A stretch of DNA of 63,202 nucleotides, counting the filler, from Reclinomonas americana ATCC 50394 (Eukaryota): assembly GCA_048213135.1 (NCBI GenBank). It is 6 parts of 3 records of this genome, joined end to end, with 100 filler letters (N's around TTAATTAATTAA, not from the genome) between each part and the next. Parts side by side here need not be neighbours in the genome. Positions count along the whole stretch, not along the records: positions 13,484 to 23,733 come from PS015236.1; positions 23,834 to 29,855 come from PS015236.1; 4 more parts are not named here. The stretch is one strand, 5' to 3'. Below are positions 13,428 through 24,483 of the stretch, piece after piece. The position numbers and the translations under genes were made by a program. The first letter of the stretch is position 1, and each line of letters starts with the position of its first letter. The notes beneath the pieces are model-generated. The model was not told where the DNA came from, searched no databases, and saw nothing but the letters and a program-made list of their open reading frames with translations.

Positions 13428-13439
13428 TTAATTAATTAA
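13428..13439. other. Artificial scaffolding linker TTAATTAATTAA flanked by N runs (also at 23778-23789, 29900-29911, 38834-38845, 45115-45126)
   Basis: An identical palindromic 12-mer with stops in all six frames sits between uniform N runs five times. It is not biological. Confidence 0.95.
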
Positions 13440-13706
13440 NNNNNNNNNNNNNNNNNNNNNNNNNNNNNNNNNNNNNNNNNNNNACACACAACGAAGGCGC
13501 GTCCACGGCGTACCTTGCGATCATCCATTGTGAACTCCGTCGTCCCACCGCGCGCGCGTGAACTCCGTTGTTGTCTTTCGTGCGCGTTGGTGAGCGACGA
13601 GTGCTGCCTCTCTGTGGGTATACGCACTACTGCACTACGTGTGAGGCTTACTTGTGTGGCGCGTGCGTGCGCAGATCCTCTCTCTCTCTCTCTCTCATTC
13701 CCAGAA

Positions 13707-15496
13707 ATGGCCACTGTGGCAGCTGCTGGCACTGCGCGTCGTCGTCGCGATGACGACGATGATGACGTGGAGGTAGAGGTGGAAGAAGACGAGGAGGAGG
13801 TCAGTGTTGAGCAGGCGATTGACAGTGGAGTGCAGGCGAGTGGATTCCCAGAGTTTTTCCAGCAGCAGCAGGCGACTGGTGCACCGAGCAACAAGAAAGG
13901 ACGCAACAGACGACGCGCGAGCAAGGGCGCCAACAAGAAGGCTGCTCCTGCTGCCGCTGCTGCTGCTCCGGCTGCTGTTGCACCAGTGCCACAGTCGACA
14001 ACTACGACAACGACAACGATCCAAGAAGACGAAGTGGTGACAGAGACCGTGCGCGAGCCCGAGCCGGCGCCTGCTGCGGTGGTCGCTGTCCGTGACGAGG
14101 ATCGGCGAAGTGATGACGAGTTGCTGGTGGCGCCGGCTAGTGCGGCGTCGGGATCGCCGGGGCCGCGACGTTCGCCAACGTCGGCGTGGCGAGCGTCGCA
14201 GCGGGCGGTGCGGGTGGCCGGCTGCACGCGGATTCCGGAGACCACTGTCGCCTTTTTCGTTGCGTGTATGATGGGTTCGTCNNNNNNNNNNNNNNNNNNN
14301 NNNNNNNNNNNNNNNNNNNNNNNNNNNNNNNNNNNNNNNNNNNNNNNNNNNNNNNNNNNNNNNNNNNNNNNNNNNNNNNNNNNNNNNNNNNNNNNNNNNN
14401 NNNNNNNNNNNNNNNNNNNNNNNNNNNNNNNNNNNNNNNNNNNNNNNNNNNNNNNNNNNNNNNNNNNNNNNNNNNNNNNNNNNNNNNNNNNNNNNNNNNN
14501 NNNNNNNNNNNNNNNNNNNNNNNNNNNNNNNNNNNNNNNNNNNNNNNNNNNNNNNNNNNNNNNNNNNNNNNNNNNNNNNNNNNNNNNNNNNNNNNNNNNN
14601 NNNNNNNNNNNNNNNNNNNNNNNNNNNNNNNNNNNNNNNNNNNNNNNNNNNNNNNNNNNNNNNNNNNNNNNNNNNNNNNNNNNNNNNNNNNNNNNNNNNN
14701 NNNNNNNNNNNNNNNNNNNNNNNNNNNNNNNNNNNNNNNNNNNNNNNNNNNNNNNNNNNNNNNNNNNNNNNNNNNNNNNNNNNNNNNNNNNNNNNNNNNN
14801 NNNNNNNNNNNNNNNNNNNNNNNNNNNNNNNNNNNNNNNNNNNNNNNNNNNNNNNGAGTCGCTCACACACACAGCTTGTGCACAGCTGGAACCGCGATGG
14901 CGAGCACGACGTCGTTCACGACGCGGCTCACCGCCCTCATCGCCTTCGACGTCGCCTCCTCCCGTGTCGCGTCGACAGTACAGGCGACGAAGCCGCACGC
15001 CGCCGCCTTCGTCGTCCTCGTCTTCCTCACGATCGCCTCCACGTCAGCGTCGCAGATTGTCACCACCGCCGCCACCGCCACCGCCACCACCACCAGTCGA
15101 GTGAGTGATCGCACGAGCAATCAATCGGTCTGTCTCCTTGCTTACAGTGTGTGTGTGTGTGGTAGGCGAGTGCATGGTGCGCCTGTGTCGACGGATGAGC
15201 TGGCTGCGGCACAGCAGATGGCACTGAGCAAGGTGATGGCGGCCAAGATGGGCAAGTCATCGTCGGCCAATCGATGGGAGGAGGTGGAGCTGAAGGGGCC
15301 GGCGAGTCGCACTGAGAAGTTTCAGAGGTTGATGGGCGTCAGCAAGAGCAAGTCGTCGGTGCAGGAGACGACGACTGCCCCGACGACGACTACGATGCGA
15401 GAGGCTGGTCGGCATGCGGATCGGATTGGCGAGGAGCTGGAGGAGCTGCATCGCAAGAGCAGCAGCTCGAGAGGCACGCTGGGTCTTGGACGGTAA
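13707..15496 (+). CDS. Arg/Ser-rich nuclear protein with a C-terminal SMAP (small acidic protein-like; RSRC2/KNOP1-type) domain; interrupted by a gap
   Basis: Acidic/basic N-terminus, RS/SP repeats (RRRSRRGSPPSS, RRRSRTPPP), and C-terminal NRWEEVELKGPASRTEKFQRLMG...IGEELEELH matching the SMAP W..A....KF.RLMG motif. Confidence 0.7.
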
Positions 15497-15585
15497 AACT
15501 CTCTCTCATGCGTAGTTCCCCTGTACATTAATAGCTGCAGGCGGCATCAGCTGGTCATGCCGACCGCCCGTGTTGCGTCTGCCAC

Positions 15586-16541
15586 TCAGCGATCTGTGCG
15601 GCTCCACACCGAGTTGCCAGGCGTAAAGTTGGCCGAGTGCTCCGTCAGCCACTGCGCATGATGGTCGGATTCAGCAACCTTGCATGGGAGCACACGAGTT
15701 TCTGTCGTATGTGACGCAACTGCCAGTCGCCGCAGCGCATCACGAGTCTGCGCCTTTTCGTCGTCGGAGAGCGGTGCAGGCGAGCGGCTTCGTCGTGACT
15801 TGCCATTCTGCTGCTTTGGCGTGGGAGGCCGTGCCTGCTGCTGCTGCTGCTGATCCACATCATCGATTACATAGTGATCCGCGGGACCCGACGAGCGACC
15901 CTGACTGTGACTGCGCTGTCGCGACTTGCCACGCGACGGTGGCCGTTCCAGCTGCACGTCCTCAAAGCCCGACACCGCAGAGCGACCCGACGCCACACTG
16001 CCCATTGAATGCGCAGACGATGGACGTCGCTTGCCTCCTTGGCCACTGCCAAACGAGCGCGCCGAACCCGGCACCGAACGCGACTCACCCACATCAATCA
16101 GCTCATCGTCGCCCATGCCCGCAGACTGACGCGCCGGCATCGTGCCTGCCTTGCGGATCAGTGTGCGCTGCACAGGCGCTCCATTCACGCCCACAGACAC
16201 CGCTACACACGCACGCACACAGTCAGCGCGCGCGACTTGGACTGACTGACTGCGCATAAGACGACGTAACGCTTGTAAAAGTTCTGCATGGTTCGATCGG
16301 GCACACTCCGCAGCGACTTGGTCAGCTCAATGCTCGCTGTGCGTGCTCTAAACACAAAGCATGAGCGTCTCTGTGTGCGTGTGACACTGGAGAAAAAGCG
16401 AACGTTTGCACGCAACTCAGCCTCAACGGCTCCACGACGCGCAATGTGAAGCGCGCGCGACGCAGGGTGCATCCAGGCAAACTGTGGCGCAAACCACTCA
16501 TGTTCCACAGCGCGTCGCAGTGACGCAGGCACAGTCGTCAT
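15586..16541 (-). CDS. Hypothetical protein (low-complexity Arg/Ser-rich C-terminal half)
   Basis: ATG at 16541 (MTTVPASLRRAVEHEWFAPQFAWMHP), short introns, and a long final exon ending at the stop at 15586. No family recognised. Confidence 0.55.
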
Positions 16542-16603
16542 CGCTGCGTCCCTGAGTAAACGATCCGTAGTGATGAGTCACTCTGATCGATCTGTCTCTC
16601 TCA

Positions 16604-17269
16604 ATGTTGTGCACGCTCGTGCGACGTCTCTTTCACTCATCGACGCTGTCGCCGCTGCGTGCGGGCAACAAGAAGGTTCGCCTGTCCAAGCTTGCGCCTC
16701 TCTCTTCTCGCTCACACTCTCGGTGACAGTCGCAGAGCATCAGCGAGGTAATTCGACAGATCGATGTGCTGCACGACACTGATGCAGTGGCCAAGCTCGA
16801 CACGCTGCTTCTGGTGCGCAAGCCGGGGCGAAGAAGACCGCGATTGACTCGTTGCGCGCGACGATTTGTGCTTGTGCTTGTCATTCTCTTACTTGCTCAA
16901 TGTCGATGCGATCGGGCAGGCGAGGAGGCGGAGCGACTGAGCATCGAAGAGCGGTACGGCGATCGTGCCAAGTATGTGTTGCGGCGATTGGAGCGGCCAC
17001 ATTCGCAGTGGCAGCCGGTGCGCAAGTTGGGGCGGGAGCAAATGGCGGAGATGAGAGCGTTGCGTGCGGATGACCCCACGCGCAACACACCCGGCGCACT
17101 GGCCGAGCAGTTTGGAGTGTCGCTGGAGGCGGCCACGCGTATTCTGCACTCCAAGTTTGATCCGAGTACCATGAGACGGAGACGTGCGGCGGGCAAGGGA
17201 GTCGGAGGGAGCGCGGCGGATGAAGCGGCGCAGCGGCACGACTGGGTAAAGCGCTCCTCATCGTCGTGA
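16604..17269 (+). CDS. NGRN: Neugrin/RRG9 family mitochondrial ribosome assembly factor
   Basis: Mitochondrial-type presequence MLCTLVRRLFHSSTLSPLR. The core WQPVRKLGREQMAEMRALRADDP...PGALAEQFGVSLEAATRILHSKF matches the neugrin/Rrg9 consensus. Two introns. Confidence 0.85.
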
Positions 17270-17355
17270 ATTCTGCAGCTGGTACAAACATGATGGCGTA
17301 TATTCAACGTGGCACCTCAGTGGTGGCGCTCACGGGGGCGTAGGAAGGGCGATGT

Positions 17356-20339
17356 TCACGCTGGTGGCTTCTGGTGCACCCAGGACCCTCTGCGATTGCG
17401 CGCGAGTGAGTTGCGGTGGATCGCAGCAGAGCAGTGGGAGAAGGAGTGACGCAACTCGAATTTGTTCAGGTAGCTCTCGTTCCACTGCAGCAGCGGCTCG
17501 TAGTTTCCCGACGAATCGCTGTCGCTCAAGTCGCAGTCAACGGTGGTCTCGTGCTTGGTGGGCGTCTCCTTGTCTCGTGCGGTGATGGTCGCCACCGCTT
17601 TTCTCGGTGGCGACTCGCACGGCACCGCGGTGCTGATCTCCTCCAGCTCCTTGCTCCAGCTTCGCGAGGTGAGCATGCAGCCGAAGACAAAGTGTACGAC
17701 CAGCAGCGGCAGCAGGGTGACGGAGAAGACGGCAAACGGCAGCACCGAAAGCGCAATTAGGCGATGCACGGCTGTCGGCGAGGCGTCTTCTTCGGTGATG
17801 CAGAAGGCGAGGAAGAAGATGCCACAGAGTGCCACGGAGACGACCTTGGAGCTGAAGAGCCGCAGTGTCAGGAGGTGTCGGTTGGCACTTCCGCCATCTG
17901 TGCCAAAGAGAGAAAAAGGGCGGGGTCAGCAGAGAGCCATGAGGGTCTGGGGGTGAATATACTCGATGGTTACGCACACGCCGCCTCTTGCACTTGCATC
18001 TTGACAGTGGACGACTTGGCAAACGCCGTGGCGGCCGTGAACACAGCAGTGGCACAAATCACAAAGAAGAACTTGGCTGACGAGGTCGCAGGGTCACTGG
18101 CAAAGGCCTCTGGCACCCAGATGCACAAAAAGCCGATGAAAGAGACGGCGGCGACGAATACATCGCGACCAGTGCTCGCCAAGCTCGTCGACTGGTTGGT
18201 GACCTGTGCATTCTGCCACTGCAGGAACTCGCAAAGCAACGAGGCGCACAGTGCACCGCCAGAGGCCGCGCACACCTGCGTGATACTGGTTGTTGAGAAA
18301 GGGAGAAGGAGACAGACAAGCAGTTTACACGGAGGAAGAGATGAGAGATGAGAGAAGGGAGACAAGAAAAGAGACTTGGAGACTTGCGGCAATGCACAGT
18401 AGTGTGTGAATCATCTCACCATCCACGCCGCCAACATTCCAGATGAGCTCTGCAGTACGGTGACGGCAAAGACCACGGAAAACACCGGCATCAGAGATGG
18501 TGTCTGCAACACGAGCTGCAAGAAGAAGCAGATTGCCAGACGCCTGCAACGAAGAAATAAAAGTCGTCAGTGCACAAACAATCTGGCAAGGAAGCGATGG
18601 TCACCTCACGTACCCGTTGCTGAACAGCACACTCCATACACCGTCGTGGTTTTCGTGATGCGGCGAAACATGTCGCTGTGCCAGCGCGAGCGGCACAAAC
18701 AAGAAGGCCACCATGGCCACTGCGCAAAAAGCCGGCGGAACAATGGACATGATCTGCAAGCCCGACAGAGCACCAGTGGTCGGCGCCAGTGTCAAGATCA
18801 GACCGGCGCACACGGAGCCACACGTGTTGCCTCCATCCACTGCCAGTTGACAGCGGGTGTGAATCTGTGTGCGTGCACGCAACACACGCGTCAACAAGCA
18901 CATCTTTCATAGCGTGTACTCGAAAAAAAGTTGTTCGCAACTCGCAGCAGGGCCTTCTCATTAAAGTTGGAAAGGCGACGTGGGAAGGTACTCCGAGCAA
19001 CATCGATGCCACCTTTCAAACACAGTGAGATACGCGGTCGTGGAAGATGTGTTCCTTCGCGGTACACGTACCTCGGCACACCGAGTCGATGCCCCAAAAC
19101 ACAAGCGGCAGCCAGGATGGTGACACGTGTCGCAGTGCCGTCAAAAGAAGCGTGGCAGTGAGCAGGAGTGCCAGGCGGAGAGCGGCGAGAAACACCAGCA
19201 GGGTGCGGGCCGGAACCGACGTCATGCCGGCAAGCGCCGTGCCCACTCCCGACAGGGCAATCATTCCAGCCACCACGCTGATCACCAACAGTGGCTGCAA
19301 CACGAGACCACTGGTCGTCAGAGCATGCACACAAAAGTACAATCAATGACGGCACGCGATGCTGGTCAGCCAGTAACATTGTGATCCACAAAAGCGAACA
19401 CGACAAGTGGGTGCATGAGCAGCAGTATCATGTTGCAAAGCTGCGCAGAGGTGAGGCACGATTCTCGCGACCATTGGTGCGCGCACAGACACACACGCAC
19501 CTCCATGGCGAAGAGACCGCCGAGAAAGGCCTTGAAACGAGCCGACGAGAGAAACTCTTCGTCCAAATCTTCGCCACACGGCAGTCCGTGCGGCACCTTG
19601 AGCGTGACTGTGCGGGGACAGGCGGTGAGTCTCTGTGTTGCGTGAGTGGGAGGAGAGTGGTCAGGCAATGGTGTCGCAACGATTCTGCGGACGAGTGCGC
19701 ATAGGACTCGAGTCGTTGCTGCTCAACTGACTGTCGACACCATCGTCGGTGCCGACAGAGACCGCTGAGCCTTTCGTCTTCGAACTACGCTTCTTCCTTC
19801 GCACGTAGCGGGAAGGAGACGACAGCGCACCTGCCACGGGCTCGGACGATCGTCGCTGTCGATGAAAAAACATGAGTAATGAATGACCCACGCACGCACA
19901 CGATCAATCTTCCGCTGCACACCTTGTTGCCGGCGGTTCGTGTGGGCGACGCCAACAGCTTTGCTGGCGGACTGGCCAGTTGCGCTTGATACCGCTGTAC
20001 AGCCACGGGCGGCGGCTGTGGTTGTGGCTGTGGCTGCGGCTGTACCTGCCGAGGCAACTCGTAGAAGATGCTGGGCATTTGTCGCAGATGACCGCTGCTC
20101 AGGCCCTCGCCTGTGGCACCCGAGGCCGCGGCAACTGCAACAGTGGCGGTGGCGGCGGCCGCAGTGGCACTGCTGTCCACCTCGCTGCGCGTGGACAGGT
20201 CGAGGTAGAGCGGTGGAAGGCCGCGTGCGACGCCGAGCGTCACCGGCCCCAGTGCATCAGGCGAGAAATCAGTGTCGGGAATCAGCGTCGACTCGGGACT
20301 CCACACGTGCGGACTCGGTGTGGTTGGTGATGTGTCCAT
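17356..20339 (-). CDS. Polytopic membrane protein, MFS-transporter-like, with a long disordered N-terminus
   Basis: About 11-12 hydrophobic segments in two blocks across spliced exons (e.g. PLLVISVVAGMIALSGVGTALAG, GSVCAGLILTLAP, VFVAAVSFIGFLCIWV, LSVLPFAVFSVTLLPLLVVHFVFG). Substrate unknown. Confidence 0.55.
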
Positions 20340-20841
20340 CGCAAACACGCGCAAGCACTCGCTGCAGTGGTGGGCACACGAGCAGCGAAAGCGTGCCGAG
20401 AATTCTCCTCTCGCACAATGCCTGACAAACGGTTTCGGAAGAACGTTGCAACGGCTTCGCGATTTCGCAACGTGCCGACCTCGAAAAGCAACATCCACCG
20501 CAGCTCGCACTTGCATATCAACCGAACGGCTTTCACCAGCGCCAACCGGCATGCTTGCTGCGGGTTGCTCAACTTGCCGTGTCACGCGCACACATTGACA
20601 ACTGCACAAGTGAATTCGAATTGATGCGTGCGACGTCGCGATCGCGTATTCCCCTGCTTTGCGCGCGCAACCACTGGTATACCCAANNNNNNNNNNNNNN
20701 NNNNNNNNNNNNNNNNNNNNNNNNNNNNNNNNNNNNNNNNNNNNNNNNNNNNNNNNNNNNNNNNNNNNNNNNNNNNNNNNNNNNNNNNNNNNNNNNNNNN
20801 NNNNNNNNNNNNNNNNNNNNNNNNNNNNNNNNNNNNNNNNN

Positions 20842-21831
20842 GTCAACGGCGGTGACGGGTAGCGGTAGTCGGTGCGCAACAGGCCGGTCACTGCCAGTGG
20901 CACTTGGCGCAAGATGCTCCACGACAGACCATCGTTGAAGGTGAACTCTGCAGGTAATCTGCCCGGTCGCTCCGTCTGCACAATCGCCAGTCGCTTGCGC
21001 GATCGCCGCCAGTAGTACTCCTGCGAGTCGACGTTGCTGCCGAGGAACTCACGCTGGATGGTGGATATGTCAAACACCTCACGGAAGAAGTTCTCGGTGG
21101 GGCCGTACACCGAGTGCGGATTTGGGTTCCACCGAATCGCCGGCTCAATGAACACGCGCTGCATCAACAGCGACAGCGCCATGGCCTGCACACCGATTAA
21201 GAGAAGGCCCCAGGAATGGGTGGTGCATGCATGCACTCACACAGTCACGCACCTCTGCCAGCGCCTCACGCAGCGCCAGAAACCGCACCGCCGGGTGACT
21301 GTAAATCATCTCATTGGTCGGCACATCAATGTACATCATGTATCCACGCGTGTGATTGCCGTCGGCGGGGTGGAAGTGGTACGCCGGCAGTACTCTCTCT
21401 GCACGACGAATGAGCAACGACGCTCGCACAATCAATCACAACTCTCGCTGCCACTGACCGTTCTCGGGAACCACTTGCACACGTGTCGCCCACAAACTCG
21501 CCACCAGTGCGACGAGAAGCAGTGGCGTGCCTATAACAGCGATGCAGCGACACTGTCGTCGATGGTGCAGACGCATGCCTCGATGCTGGTGGTGCGCATG
21601 TGGAGATCGCGGGTCGACCGGATCGCCATCGCCGGCATCGTCGACGCTGCCGGAGGAGCCGAGGCGGCCTCGTCGTCGGCCTGGCGGCAGAGGGCCGCTG
21701 CTCAGATCGCCAGCGCGCATGCACGACCACGACGAGCGAACGTGACGCAGGACAGCATGCATGCAATCGACTTTACTGTGGGGTGTGAGCACGTGATTCC
21801 CTGGGGAAAGTGAGCGAGGGGTGTAGAGGGA
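20842..21831 (-). CDS. N-terminal half of a GDP-fucose O-fucosyltransferase-like (GT-B) protein on a probably mis-oriented contig
   Basis: Spliced RFLALREALAEAMALSLLMQRVFIEP...FFREVFDISTI resembles the O-FucT N-lobe pattern L..A..L.R.LV.P...F...FD. The contig is bounded by gaps on both sides. Confidence 0.45.
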
Positions 21832-22355
21832 NNNNNNNNNNNNNNNNNNNNNNNNNNNNNNNNNNNNNNNNNNNNNNNNNNNNNNNNNNNNNNNNNNNNN
21901 NNNNNNNNNNNNNNNNNNNNNNNNNNNNNNNNNNNNNNNNNNNNNNNNNNNNNNNNNNNNNNNNNNNNNNNNNNNNNNNNNNNNNNNNNNNNNNNNNNNN
22001 NNNNNNNNNNNNNNNNNNNNNNNNNNNNNNNNNNNNNNNNNNNNNNNNNNNNNNNNNNNNNNNNNNNNNNNNNNNNNNNNNNNNNNNNNNNNNNNNNNNN
22101 NNNNNNNNNNNNNNNNNNNNNNNNNNNNNNNNNNNNNNNNNNNNNNNNNNNNNNNNNNNNNNNNNNNNNNNNNNNNNNNNNNNNNNNNNNNNNNNNNNNN
22201 NNNNNNNNNNNNNNNNNNNNNNNNNNNNNNNNNNNNNNNNNNNNNNNNNNNNNNNNNNNNNNNNNNNNNNNNNNNNNNNNNNNNNNNNNNNNNNNNNNNN
22301 NNNNNNNNNNNNNNNNNNNNNNNNNNNNNNNNNNNNNNNNNNNNNNNNNNNNNNT

Positions 22356-23078
22356 TCCAAGTCGCTGCATGAGTTCTTTCGCCAGCATCCACGACGACTA
22401 CCCTTCAACGTGCACTTCTCAGGCGGCACGCTGTCGCGTGGGTTCAATGCCGACCCACAGTGGCGATCGCTGGTGAACGAGGCACGACAGGCGCTCGATT
22501 TTAGCGACGATCTGGACCTGCGCGCTCGCTGGGCCATCCTCGACCTGTCCATCTCCGACGAACCCTTTGCCTGCGTCGACTGGGAGCTGGGAACGCGAGC
22601 AGATCGCGTCGCCGAGGAATTGCCGCGCATTGCCGCGCACCTGGTCAAGCAGGCAGTGCGCGCAGTCTTCCTGCCCATCCCGCGTGACATTGATCACGCG
22701 CTGGACGAGTACCGGCGCACCGAACTGGAGACCGAGTGGGGCGCTCTGCTGAAACCACTCAAGCTGGTGACCCTTGCCCAAGGTATTCCCCTTCCCCGTT
22801 CGCGTCTATTGTTGGCGTCCCACTGATCTGCGATGTGTGCAGCTGAACTGCCGCCCGTTGAGCACTTTCAGGTGGCGCCGCACCTCGACTTTTTCGTGCA
22901 GTTTTGCGTGTGCCGACAGGCCGATATCTTTGTGGCCGACACGCTGGCAGGTGTCGCCGACAAGGGCCAAGACCTCCTAGACAGACTAACACCGACCTCG
23001 CGGATCGTGGTCGAAGGTCGACGACACGACGCACTCGCCGACAGCACGACGCACCTCCGAAGCGACGTCATTCAATGA
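22356..23078 (+). CDS. C-terminal half of the O-fucosyltransferase-like protein
   Basis: ALDFSDDLDLRA...PFACVDWE...AVFL...VCRQADIFVA resembles the O-FucT C-lobe pattern (L.F...I..A / Y.AVH.R / C..AD.FVG). One GT-AG intron; stop at 23076-23078. Confidence 0.5.
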
Positions 23079-24394
23079 ACATCGATGTCCCAGCGAAGAT
23101 CTCTGAACTCGAAATGTTGCGCGGTGCTCGATTGGTGCGGTCGCCGGTGACAGAGGAGGCCTTGCGTGAGGCTGCACAGTGCCTGCGCCAGGGCGATCTG
23201 GTCGCCTTTCCCACAGAGACAGTTGTGTATCGCGCTCATTACTCCTTGTCACAGCACACGCACACATGCGAAGAGGGTGCACAAGGGAGAGAGTGGAGGG
23301 AGCGGAGGGAGAAGGGAGAGAGAGAGAGAGAGTGAGAGTGAGTACCACGGTCAGAGCCTAAAAATGACCTCTCTCCTCTCTCTGATGCAGGTGTACGGAC
23401 TCGGTGCGAATGCACTCGACGAGAAGGCCGTGTTGAGCATCTTCGCAGCCAAAGGTTCCCTCACTCTCACTCTCTCGCACTCGCGCACTCTATCTTCATG
23501 ATTGAGTGACTGACGCCTCCCACACACACACAGGGCGACCACTGACGGATCCGGTCATTGTGCACGTTGCTCAGCCGATCGATGCACTGCCGCTGGTGCA
23601 GATGGATGCGGCCACACAGCGCGTGTTTGAAGGACTCACGTCGCGCTTGTGGCCTGGACCACTCACCCTGGTGTTGCGAGCGGCAGCGTGCATTCCAAAG
23701 GTGAATCGCTCTCCACAAGCCTCTTCTCGACCGNNNNNNNNNNNNNNNNNNNNNNNNNNNNNNNNNNNNNNNNNNNNTTAATTAATTAANNNNNNNNNNN
23801 NNNNNNNNNNNNNNNNNNNNNNNNNNNNNNNNNCCCGACGTGACTGCGTATCTCGTCACGGAGCTGGTGGGCGAAGCGCAGCAAGCAGCAGCTGCGGTCG
23901 GCGACGTGCAGTCAAGTGTGGTTCTCGACTTTGCCGGCGCACTAAGTTCGCTTGCCGATGCGGCGCTGGCTTATCGCGACCTCAGCCGCACTGGTGATGC
24001 CGCGAAAGCAGCCGAGGGCCTTTTTGCAGGTCTGTGTTTGGATGTCCATCGACGAAGCTGTTGCCGCACTCCTCACTGTGCTGCGTGGTCAGGCTTGCGC
24101 TGGGCGGAGGGAGTGGAGAGTGCAAGTACGGTGCTCCTGCCGTGGCTGTCTTCGTCCGATGATGTCACCTCGACTGTCTTGGCTGCTGTGCGCGACCGCA
24201 TGTATCGCGCTGCGTCGGGGCGCTCAGTCACTGTTGCTGGCCACAAGATCCTCGCCACAGCCGCCACAAGTAGCAGTGCTACAGCAGGAGGAGACAGTAG
24301 CAGTAGTAGCAGCAGTAGTAGTAGTAGCAGTAGTAGCAGCGCAGCAGGACTCCCAGCAGACACAATCATTCCCCCGTCGTCACCGCTCAGATGA
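23075..24394 (+). CDS. SUA5: Threonylcarbamoyl-AMP synthase Sua5/YrdC (with C-terminal SUA5 domain)
   Basis: [50 protein letters not shown], and C-terminal AAEGLFAGLRWAE...AAVRDRMYRAASG. The middle falls in a gap. The start is either ATG 23075 or the next in-frame ATG (about 23114). Confidence 0.92.
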
Positions 24395-24483
24395 TACTCG
24401 GATTCGCCATTATTGATATATTCATTGAATTGTTTGTCGAATTAATGAGCTGCGTCGTTGGATCGTCAACAGGCCGCCTGCAA

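Noticed and set aside
13384-13483. Repeated palindromic TTAATTAATTAA flanked by Ns (five copies), resembling a repeat or a TTAA transposon target
   Set aside because: It is a scaffolding linker with six-frame stops. Sua5, A2M and COQ8 continue colinearly across copies, so it is not biological.
20625-20650. GACGTCG palindromes in several promoter-like spacers (also near 27830, 33506, 62761)
   Set aside because: The heptamer is common in this CpG-rich sequence, including in exons, and enrichment cannot be shown by eye.
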